DNA of 64,000 nucleotides from Piromyces finnis finn (taxonomy: Eukaryota; Fungi; Neocallimastigomycota). Where the stretch lies: the NCBI GenBank assembly GCA_002104945.1, contig MCFH01000017.1, positions 682,001 through 746,000 of the forward strand. The letters run 5' to 3'. Every line of letters begins with the position of its first letter. Within the stretch, counting starts at the first letter, position 1. The position numbers were made by a program, and so were the translations under genes. The notes under the pieces are model-generated. The model was given only the letters and a program-made list of their open reading frames with translations, did not search any database and was not told where the DNA came from. Shown here piece after piece: positions 12,693-22,680 of the stretch.

Positions 12693-13803
12693 ATTGAAAT
12701 ATCCCTTTTAATATACAAAAATTAAAATAATATATTGCATGGATATTTATATATTACATTTAGTTTTTTTTTTTTTTTTTTTTTCTATTACTAAATAGAA
12801 AAAAATTATTATAATAACAATATATATATATATATTTATATATATATATCCTTTTTTTCAATATTTTTTTTATATATTACACAAAAAAATAAATGGCACA
12901 TATCAATCAATCAATTATATATAAACAATTTGTTATAATGATAATAATACATTAATAAAAAAAATAATAATAAAATCTATATATATAAATATATAATAAA
13001 ATATTATACAGCTACTTTTTAATATTTGTTATTAATTTAAAATAATATATATTAATATTTATTTACTAATAAAATGTTGATATTTTAAGTGTGCATATAT
13101 ATATAAATTATACAGAATGAAAAATTGATTTTTAAGGGTTTAAAGTATTCGCTTAAATAAATATTTAAATGAATTCTTTTTGATTTATTGTTATTTTTGT
13201 TTAGTAAAAAGTCAAAAGTATTTACTTTACCAAATATTAAAATTTACAGTTTAAAAAATTTATTCAATTTGTTATAAAATAAATATTTTCACTCTATAAT
13301 TTATATAAATTTTGTCTTTTTTTAGGTTATAAGCCCAGAAAATAAAAAGTATTTCTAGATTAAAATGGATTTAAAGATGCTATGACTCAATACAAAAAAA
13401 TATATTCACTTGGAATAGTTTAAAACATTAAAAAAAAAAAACCTCATTATAATATGAAATGGGTTAATAATTGTTTGATACCAATGTAATTACTACTTAA
13501 AGACTGTAAAAAAAAATATTATATTTATACTATACATTTACTTGAATAGTTATACTTATTTTTAAAATAGTAATTTAAAGACTTTATCATACTACATTAT
13601 ATAAATGATTGTATTAAAAAGTCTATTATTTTTTATATTATACATATATATATATATATTTTTCTAGTATAATAAAAAATGAACTATAAAAATTATCCTG
13701 AAAAAGTATGAGATAAAATATTAAATATTCAATCAAAATTTATCCACGTCAATAATCATATATATGGGAAATGTTTAATAGAATGCAAAACGTGTGAATA
13801 TTC

Positions 13804-13909
13804 ACACTTTGGATCTCTTATAATTAAAATTTGATATTATTTTTTAGTTATACCTTACACTTTGGATCTCTTATAATTAAAATTTGATATCATTTTTTAG
13901 TTATACCTT
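13804..13909. repeat. 53-bp tandem duplication (2 copies, 1 mismatch)
   Basis: ACACTTTGGATCTCTTATAATTAAAATTTGATAT(T/C)ATTTTTTAGTTATACCTT starts at 13804 and again at 13857. Confidence 0.9.
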
Positions 13910-14958
13910 ATACTTTGTATATATTGTTATTATAATATTAATATTATATTTATTGGTATTTATTCCTACATTTTATTTCTTTTAATTAATATCAAGATTT
14001 AGTATTTTAGATAAATCTTTATATAAATCAAAAAAATAAATTAATGTAACTCTTTATCTATCGTTGTTCCTTGATAAACTATAAAAGTATTATAATTATT
14101 ATACATGCATATATAATACTATCTTTTCCAAGTCAATGGGAAGATAATGTTTTATATATTAATAATTTTAATCCATGTCGTCCTCCGTTTTATAAAGGAT
14201 ATTTTTTTTGAGCTAATATTATTATTAACATCGTTTTCTTTGTTATATTTATTTATATCATTATTGCTACTTTTTCCTTTAAATTTACCTAAAAGAAAAT
14301 GTTTTTAAAAATAAATTAATTTTAATCTATTTGGTTACACAAAGTGAAATATACCATATTTTTTTAATATTAAAAATCATTAATCTAATCATTTTATTGG
14401 CCAATTTTTCTTTTTAATATTAATTCTCTTATAATAATTCCTTCAGTTTTTGTGTAACATTTTAATAAAGTTAAACACACATTTAAAGTGATCAAATAGT
14501 GTTCTTTGATTGCTACAAAAAAAAAATTATATAGAATAGCTATAAAAAAAAAAGTCATCCTTCTCTTTTTAATAACGGCGGTTATAGAAAACTTTTTTAT
14601 GGAAATATATTTTAAAAAAAGAATTTGCTTTTATATATCATTGAAAAAAGAATTAAAATATAATCTTTTTTTATATACTTTAATGGTAATTAAGGAATTA
14701 TTAAAAAAAAAATATAGTTATCAATGTTTTGATTAATTTACAGTTACCCAAAATTTATCAAAAATAAAACATTTATTTTATGAAAAAAAAAATAATAGAT
14801 ATAGTTTAAAAACGTAACTTTTATATATATATATTTCACTTACTATTAATTCATTGAATTTGACTAAGTATTGTTAAACTATTTAGATTTATATATATAG
14901 AAAAAGATTAATTCATTATAAATTAATAAATAATCAATATAGTAGTAATTAAATAAAA

Positions 14959-16438
14959 ATGAAATTCAAGACAGTCAGTATTATTCTTACACTTATTTCT
15001 TTAGATAAATATAGCTTATCAACATCAGTAGGTCAATCAAATATTTATGAGCAGGAAAAATATGATGTAATGAGTTATTTGTATATTTAACAAAAATTTA
15101 TTTTTGAAATATTTTTATATTTTTGATAAAAAAATAATTGTTACTTGTTAGTTATTTTCAGAGAAAATAATTTTAAATAAATATCAAAAATAATTAACTA
15201 ACTTTTTCATATAAATTTATTTAAATAAATAGTTATGTGTAACTAAAGAATGCTATGACACTTCTTCAAGAATCATAAAATAGTGGTGTTGATCCATGTG
15301 AAGATTTTTATCAATTTACCTATAATAATTGGATGGTAAATATTATATATTATAATAAAAAAAACCAAAGTTTTAAAAATATCCATCATTTTAATATATT
15401 TATGTATCTAATAATTATTAAAGAATGAAAATACTATTCCAGAAGATAAAGTTATAAAATAAAATTTTCTTTTTAGTCAGGATACCACCACATTATTTAT
15501 TACCTAATATATAAAAAGAATTATAAATTTTACACTTTTAATATAGCCTTAATTAATCAATTATGATAGTCACAAATATAATAGTTGCTATAACATTATT
15601 TATCTATAATGAAGATAACATATTAATTTTAAATTTGATATATAAATAATAAGATTTTATTTAATTTTTTGTAGAAAGTGGTCGAAGATATTATCAAAGA
15701 AAATTATGAACTTAACAAATTATCAAAGAAAATTATGAACTTAACAAAAATTTAAGTTAAGAAAATCAGCTAATGCAAGAAAATATTACATTTCCGTTAT
15801 AAAATTTTCCAGTGCTCTTGATAGCTATGAAGAATCAGAAAAATTGAACTTTCACAAAAAAATGATTAAAGCATCTTTTGAAACTACCTTTGGAGATCAA
15901 GATTTTGATAAAATGACAGAGGCGGTCATTCAATTTGATAAAATTATAAGCACTTTAGTTAGGTAACATATCATTTATCATTCAGCTATATTAAATGAAA
16001 TTCATTTAAAATATTTCTAATAAAAATGATTAATTATTTCTTAAAAAAAAGTAGTATTTTTTAATACGTCATATGTAGTTACTGATACTGCTTTACCAAA
16101 CCAACAAGTATAAATATATATAAATTGACCTATATTAATTCATTCAACATTAATAATTAAATATATTAATTTTTAAATAACATTATTATTATAATAAAAT
16201 AATAGACGATTAATGTTTTTTATTCTCCAAATTATAATTCTATTTATTCTTTATTTCATTTGGTCAAACATGGTGTATCAAATTTTGAAATGATCCAATT
16301 ATCCTTAAAATCTACACAAATAATTCCTACACTCCATGAATGCACGTGTTAATGGATCTGTTAGTAATTTAGCTTCCTTTTCAAAAACATTTAACTGTGT
16401 GGATTAAATTCACCAAAAAGAAATGTACCATCTGGTAA
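14959..16438 (+). pseudogene. Peptidase M13 (neprilysin/ECE-like) pseudogene
   Basis: Signal-peptide-like start MKFKTVSIILTLISL; C.TKECY..SSRII then a frameshift or stop before VDPCEDFYQFTYNNWM (15288-15335); TINVFYSPNYNSIY (~16205); C-terminal ARVNGSVSNL..FSKTFNC and KKKCTIW* (16438). No HExxH segment is found, and stops and frameshifts are present. Confidence 0.8.
15691..15748. repeat. 29-bp perfect tandem duplication inside the M13 pseudogene
   Basis: TTATCAAAGAAAATTATGAACTTAACAAA at 15691-15719 and 15720-15748. Confidence 0.9.
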
Positions 16439-17158
16439 ATTAGGAAGAAGAAAATATTTATGTAGTATTATAATTTAATAAGAAATCAATTAAATTAAAT
16501 AATTCAATGAATTAAGCATATTTGTAATAATCTTTAAAGTATATAGTTAATATATATTACTTTATTATTTTCCACTATACATATCTTGATTTTCTTTTTA
16601 AATATTTTCATCAATTAACATATAACATTTAATAATATAAAAACAATATCTATTTATGATATTATAATTATCCTTTTTTTTTTTTTAATTTGCAAATGTT
16701 TCTAATAAATAACTAAAAATTCTAAAAATATAAAATATAAAATATTAATACTCTAAATAGTATTTCTTTTTTTTTTATTATTTTATTTAAAGTTTTACTA
16801 ATTTATTTAGTTATAAATATTGAATATTAAAACTCGTTAAAGTGTATTAGTATATACAACATCATACACATTTCTAAAATAATAACCCTCTTTTGATAAC
16901 ATTAATAATGAATGATTTTATTTCTTATAACAATAACTAAATAGCAAATTATACCATTTTTTTTCCTTTAAAAAACACATCTTATAAATAACAAATAAAT
17001 ATTATAAAGTACACCTTTTTTTCATTAAACTAAACCACCTTTTATTTTGTTTTTTAAATATCATTTACTTATTATAATTATTAATAAGTAGATGAATGGA
17101 TATATAATTAAATAAATAAATAATTATAATAATAATGAAAATTATTTTTAATTATAAT

Positions 17159-17388
17159 TGAGAAAATTTATAATATTGTTTTTAATATAAACTTTATTTA
17201 TTAATATTATTAATAAAAAGGTAATTACAAAGTACATAAATAGTTCATAAATTTATTCTCTATTTATACTAAGGATTGTGGCGTATTATTTATCATGAGA
17301 ATATTCTATGACTAAATATATTAGTAATACATAATTCTATTCTATTCTACATATTTCTAGATTTAAGTTAAATTATTAATGTTTAACA
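17159..17388 (-). repeat. 3' LTR of the copia element
   Basis: TGAGAAAATT...GTTTAACA on the + strand; no mismatch seen by eye against 22069-22298. Confidence 0.95.
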
Positions 17389-17400
17389 TTCCCCCCTCAA
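17389..17400 (-). other. Polypurine tract of the copia element
   Basis: Minus strand TTGAGGGGGGAA directly abuts the 3' LTR. Confidence 0.9.
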
Positions 17401-17532
17401 ATTTGTTTTTATGAAAAATAAAAATAAAATTTGAAGAGATTAAGAAATTGAAAAATTTAAGTAGTAGAATGTAAAATATAAAATATAAGATATTAATAAA
17501 ATAAAGTTGATTATAAGTTTTTGCAAATTTTG

Positions 17533-20500
17533 TTATTTTTTAAATATAGTGTCAGTGAACTTTTTCATTTTTGATCCATTAATATTTTTTGTTAAAAAGT
17601 CTGCTAGCATATTGTTTGTGTCGATATATTCTAATTTAATTTTGTTATTTTTAATATTGTCTCTATTGAAATGAAATTTTATATTTATGTGTTTAAGTTT
17701 GGAATTTAATTCACCATTTTCAATTGCTCTTTTACTTGCTAAGTTGTCAGTATAAATAGTTATAGGTTCGTTGAATTTGAATAATTCTTCTAAGATATTT
17801 CTAAAGTATAAAATTTTCTTAGTGCATTCTGTAGTACTGATATATTCGGCTTCAGCAGTAGAAGTAGCAACAGTTTGTTGTTTATTTGAGCACCAACATA
17901 TTGGATTATTTTCCATAAGAATTATATATCCTGATGTTGATTTTCCATCCGTCTTATCTCCCCCAAAATCAGCATCAGTGAATGCAATAATTTTTCCATT
18001 ACCATCATAAGTAATTTTGTAGTCTATAGTAGTTTTAAGATACTTGATAATATTTATAACTTTGTTGTAGTCGGAAATAGTAGGTTGTTCAGATTTTCGA
18101 GCAGCTTTGTGAACAGCAAAAGAAATATCTGGTCTTGTACATCTAGCAATATAAATAAGAGAACCAATTAAACTTTTGTAAATAGTCGTATCAAATCGTT
18201 TAGTGTTTTCAGAATCATTATCACCAGTACATGGTGTTTTTCGAGATCTGCAGTTATTAAGATTATATTGGTCTAAAATATTTTCAATAACATGTTTTTG
18301 TGAAATAGAATAAGAAAAATTATTGTTTTCAATTTTAATACCTAATAAATAATGGATAGGTTGACAGTTAGAAATTTTAAATTTAGATTTAATTTGTGAG
18401 ATTATACTTATAAGTTCAAGATTTGTTCCACAAATAATCATATCATCGACATAAAGTCCAATAATGCAAGAAATTTGGTTATCAAAAGTTTTAAAGAAAA
18501 TACAATAGTCTGAAGTGCATTGAGAAAATCCATGATTAATAAGAAAAGTAGAAATGTATTCATTCCATTGTCTTCCGCTTTGTTTGAGTCCGTATAGAGC
18601 TTTATTCAGTTTCCAAAATCCTTTACCATAGTTTTTATCACCTTCGGGAATAGTTGTATAAATTTCAGTATCTAGATTTGCATGGAGGTAGGCAGATTTG
18701 ATGTCCAATTGGTAAACGTTCCATTTAAATTTGGCTGAAATAGCAAGAAGAAGTTTAATAATATCAAAATTTAAAGTTGGAGAGTATGTAAATTCAAAAT
18801 CAATGCCATATTTTTGTGTGTAACCTCTAGCTACAATACGTGCTTTATATTTAGTAATGTTATTATTTTCATCTGTTTTAATAGTGAAAATCCATTTGGT
18901 GGTAACAACATTTTTACCTTTGGGAAGATTTTTAACGAATGTCATAGTTTTATTTCTATAAAGATTGTTAAGTTCATCATTAATAGCATTAATCCATTTG
19001 TCACTATTAGCATTTGATAATGCATCTTGATAGGTTATAGGAATTGATGTATGTATTGAAGAAATAGAATCAATTTTAGGGTAAGAATAAGAATTAAGTC
19101 TTTTGAGATTTGGATTAATAGGTGGACTGGTAGTTCTTTTAGGAATTTTATGATTTGTATCTGTATTAAATGTGGAAAATTGGTCGTAAAAATTAGTTGG
19201 ATTATTTGAAAAATTATTAAAATTATTATTTTTTATGATAGGAGTCGAATTATTAAAATTATTTGAAGGAAAATAATTTGTATTAAGAAATTCATCATGA
19301 GTTTCGAGATCATTATTTGTTGGAGTTGGAGAAATTTGATTATTATAATTAACGTTGATATCATTAGATGTGTCTGTGTCATTATAATTATCATTTGGTG
19401 TGTTAAACTCATTATTTGACGAGAAATTTCTTGAAATGTTTTTTGAAATTTCAAGATTATAATCATTTTCAGAATTTGAAATTTTGTTATTAAAATTTTG
19501 ATTATTTAAATTAAAATTTTCATTATTTGAATTGGATAAAATTTTTGATGTTTCACCAGAAAATTTTGATGTAGTACCTGAAAATTCATTTAAATTATCT
19601 GAAGGGTTAGGTGAAATATTTGTGATTGGGTTATAATTAAAAATTTCTGAATTGGTACTGTTGGCGGAATCGAACTCTGGAGGGTCGAACTTAGTAGAAC
19701 TGTCATTAACCATTGGGACATAAGAATTAAAATCGTATGGATCTTTAATTGTTGATTCGGAGTCAGCAGAGTAGTTAGCAGGAGTATCTTCGTGGAAGTA
19801 GGCTTCTCTAACCAGATGTATGGTTTGTTTATTATAGTCCATTATTATATATGAATTCGCATTTGTATTAAATCCTAAAAATATGCCTTTAGCAGTATTT
19901 GGTGATAACTTATTTTTGTTTTGATTAAAAATTTTGTATTCGCAAATGCATCCAAAGACTTTGATATGGTTAATATTAGCTTTTTTACCATTATAAATTT
20001 CGTATGGAATATGATTTGAAATGCTTTGGTGAGGAACTAAATTATAAATATAATTAGAATATTGTACAGCAAAATTCCAAAAATTAAGACTAAGTTTGCT
20101 CCAATATAGTAAAGTTTTGGTTGAAGAAATGATTGTTTGGTTGAACCTTTCTGCAATTCCGTTATTTTCTGGGTTGTAAGGAGGAGAAAATAATTTGATA
20201 ATTCCATGTTTTTTGCAGAATTTAATAACCTTTTTGTTAGTGTATTCTTTACCATTATCACTTTTGAAATATTTAACTTTGTGATCATTTGATTGGTTAT
20301 TAATAAGGGTTAAAAATTCAGTAATTATTTTAGGAGCTTCAGCTTTAGAAGAAAGTAGATATATCCAAGAGTGTCTTGAAAAATCGTCAATGAAAGTAAG
20401 AATATATTTCTTTTTATTAACAGATTCGGTAAGTGGGCCAATAATATCTGAGTGGATAACTTCATTGATTTCGGAAGCTTTAGGAGTAATTTTATTGTGG

Positions 20501-22038
20501 GGCTTCCTTTTTAATTTGCTGGCTTTGCATTCATTACAAAAATTTTTGGAAATATTGTGATCAATTAAATATTTTTTGAGATCTTTATTATAGTAATGAG
20601 CAAGTCGATTATGCCATAATGTTTCATTAAAATTTGAAGTATTGATATTGAATATTTGCTTATAATTGAATTCTTTGTTTTTAGTATGAATAAGAAAGCT
20701 ATTATCATTGTTTGAGAAAGTTTTGTAAATGTTCTTGTTATCTTGAGATTTAATTATGATATATGGTTTATTATTTTCTTGACTTATAGTACTTTTAAAT
20801 CCAGAGTTACTAAGTTTAATTCCGCTAATTAAATTTTTGTTTAATTGTTTAGAATAGTATACGTTGGCTAATTTTATCGGATAATTATTTATATATCCTT
20901 CGTATGTACCGAATCCATCAAAGTAGCATACTGTATTGTTAGCACAGTTCATTTTAATTTTCTTATAGCGAAAATTCTTGAGGATATTTTTATTATTTGT
21001 AACATGTTCTGACGCACCTGTATCGTATATCCAACATGTATGATATTTATTTATATTCTTATTTAAACCATTGTTTATTTGAATGGAATTTATATTGTGT
21101 TTTTCTAGTATCGGTCTAAGTTCATCTAGTGTAAAATTATCATTGTAATTATTAATATTTTGCTTGTTAATATCGTATGAGATATTGTTTACTTTTCCAT
21201 TAAATTTATTATATTGACTATTGTGGTATGATTTGTGGCTTGACCTTCTTGTATTGTGGCTTGATTTTCTATTATTATTATTTTTTGAATTATAGTAGCA
21301 GTTTTCAGTATTGTGATTATTCTTTTTGCAAATATCGCAGTATTTATTTTGTTTAAAATCCTTTCTAAAATTATTATTTTTATTTTTATGGAAAAATTTA
21401 TCAAGGTAATCGATATCCATTTTATCTTCACTATTTATAAATATTTTTGGAGGTGTTATTTCATCGGCATGGTTCATAGTTTTAATTCTTTCTTTGATAG
21501 AGTTGAATAATTCTGATGAAGTATTGTAAGTGTTTGATAGGATTATAATATTTCTAATATTGCTGGGTAATGAGTTATACATGTACCGCATTTTTTCTGT
21601 TTCGGTAAGTTTTGAATTATTTGATTCCATTAATCTAAAAAGTTCCATCATATTGCTCAGAGTTTTTATAATTTCTTTTTCATTTCTAGCCTTCATATTG
21701 TTAATCTTATTTAACCAGGCTTCAAGGTTTACAGCATCGTCTTGTTTAAACAGTTTAGTTAACTTGTTCATGACTTCATAAGCTGTATTAAGTCCTCTTA
21801 GGTAGTTATGAATGTTGTCATCTATACTTCCATAAATGATACCGAGGGCTTTGGCATTTTCGATTCTGGCATTGTTTAAAACATCCGGAGTAGTATTATT
21901 TTTCTTTAAATTATTAATGACGTCAGATTCAATATATTGACTAAGTTGAAATGCAGTCAAAGTATTCTTGGTACGGTTGTACCAGGCGTTAAAGTTGGAT
22001 CCATTGAGAGAAGGGCCTTTGAATAAATTGTAATCCAT
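17533..22038 (-). CDS. Copia Gag-Pol polyprotein (1501 aa)
   Basis: Zinc knuckle CDICKKNNHNTENC; protease WIYDTGASEHV; HHCC WHNRLAH..CNEC; integrase HSDIIGP/DDFSR/SDNGKEY/NGIAERFN; RT LYGLKQSGRQW and YVDDMII; RNase H TDADFGG/AEAEY/YTDN/LADFLTK. Confidence 0.97.
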   Translation of the reverse strand: MDYNLFKGPSLNGSNFNAWYNRTKNTLTAFQLSQYIESDVINNLKKNNTTPDVLNNARIENAKALGIIYGSIDDNIHNYLRGLNTAYEVMNKLTKLFKQDDAVNLEAWLNKINNMKARNEKEIIKTLSNMMELFRLMESNNSKLTETEKMRYMYNSLPSNIRNIIILSNTYNTSSELFNSIKERIKTMNHADEITPPKIFINSEDKMDIDYLDKFFHKNKNNNFRKDFKQNKYCDICKKNNHNTENCYYNSKNNNNRKSSHNTRRSSHKSYHNSQYNKFNGKVNNISYDINKQNINNYNDNFTLDELRPILEKHNINSIQINNGLNKNINKYHTCWIYDTGASEHVTNNKNILKNFRYKKIKMNCANNTVCYFDGFGTYEGYINNYPIKLANVYYSKQLNKNLISGIKLSNSGFKSTISQENNKPYIIIKSQDNKNIYKTFSNNDNSFLIHTKNKEFNYKQIFNINTSNFNETLWHNRLAHYYNKDLKKYLIDHNISKNFCNECKASKLKRKPHNKITPKASEINEVIHSDIIGPLTESVNKKKYILTFIDDFSRHSWIYLLSSKAEAPKIITEFLTLINNQSNDHKVKYFKSDNGKEYTNKKVIKFCKKHGIIKLFSPPYNPENNGIAERFNQTIISSTKTLLYWSKLSLNFWNFAVQYSNYIYNLVPHQSISNHIPYEIYNGKKANINHIKVFGCICEYKIFNQNKNKLSPNTAKGIFLGFNTNANSYIIMDYNKQTIHLVREAYFHEDTPANYSADSESTIKDPYDFNSYVPMVNDSSTKFDPPEFDSANSTNSEIFNYNPITNISPNPSDNLNEFSGTTSKFSGETSKILSNSNNENFNLNNQNFNNKISNSENDYNLEISKNISRNFSSNNEFNTPNDNYNDTDTSNDINVNYNNQISPTPTNNDLETHDEFLNTNYFPSNNFNNSTPIIKNNNFNNFSNNPTNFYDQFSTFNTDTNHKIPKRTTSPPINPNLKRLNSYSYPKIDSISSIHTSIPITYQDALSNANSDKWINAINDELNNLYRNKTMTFVKNLPKGKNVVTTKWIFTIKTDENNNITKYKARIVARGYTQKYGIDFEFTYSPTLNFDIIKLLLAISAKFKWNVYQLDIKSAYLHANLDTEIYTTIPEGDKNYGKGFWKLNKALYGLKQSGRQWNEYISTFLINHGFSQCTSDYCIFFKTFDNQISCIIGLYVDDMIICGTNLELISIISQIKSKFKISNCQPIHYLLGIKIENNNFSYSISQKHVIENILDQYNLNNCRSRKTPCTGDNDSENTKRFDTTIYKSLIGSLIYIARCTRPDISFAVHKAARKSEQPTISDYNKVINIIKYLKTTIDYKITYDGNGKIIAFTDADFGGDKTDGKSTSGYIILMENNPICWCSNKQQTVATSTAEAEYISTTECTKKILYFRNILEELFKFNEPITIYTDNLASKRAIENGELNSKLKHINIKFHFNRDNIKNNKIKLEYIDTNNMLADFLTKNINGSKMKKFTDTIFKK

Positions 22039-22054
22039 GGTATTAAGAAAGTTT

Positions 22055-22068
22055 TGAGACTCTTAATC
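22055..22068 (-). other. Primer-binding site complementary to the tRNA-Lys(CUU) anticodon arm
   Basis: Minus strand GATTAAGAGTCTCA immediately follows the 5' LTR. Its reverse complement TGAGACTCTTAATC is the anticodon stem-loop segment of eukaryotic tRNA-Lys(CUU) as I recall it. Confidence 0.75.
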
Positions 22069-22298
22069 TGAGAAAATTTATAATATTGTTTTTAATATAA
22101 ACTTTATTTATTAATATTATTAATAAAAAGGTAATTACAAAGTACATAAATAGTTCATAAATTTATTCTCTATTTATACTAAGGATTGTGGCGTATTATT
22201 TATCATGAGAATATTCTATGACTAAATATATTAGTAATACATAATTCTATTCTATTCTACATATTTCTAGATTTAAGTTAAATTATTAATGTTTAACA
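22069..22298 (-). repeat. 5' LTR of the copia element
   Basis: Same 230-bp sequence as 17159-17388. Confidence 0.95.
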
Positions 22299-22680
22299 AT
22301 AATAATTTATATATAATTTATATATATTATTTAATTGAAAATTATTATTAATAGTACTAAGATTTATTAATAGTATTAAGATTTATTAATACAACATAAT
22401 AACATAATATAAAATGATTTTAACCAATAATATTCTTTTGATTTAAGAATTCTATCTTTTGATTTGCTAAAAATTTTTAGAGCCAATTAAAAATACTAGG
22501 TATTTTTTTTTTAAACTTTTATTTTGTTTAAATTATTTAATTATATTATTAGAAAATGAAATTAAATAATTAATATGTATAATAATTAATAAACTATAAA
22601 AAAAAAAAAAAATTAGATTTAAATAAATATTGTAATATAAGAAATTTATAAATAAATAAAAAGATATAGAATATACAAAA

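Larger units (their letters stand above)
17159..22298 (-). mobile_element. Full-length Ty1/copia LTR retrotransposon
   Basis: Two 230-bp TG...CA LTRs, a 5-bp target-site duplication ATAAT (17154-17158 and 22299-22303), PBS, PPT and a single gag-pol ORF in PR-IN-RT-RH order. Confidence 0.97.
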
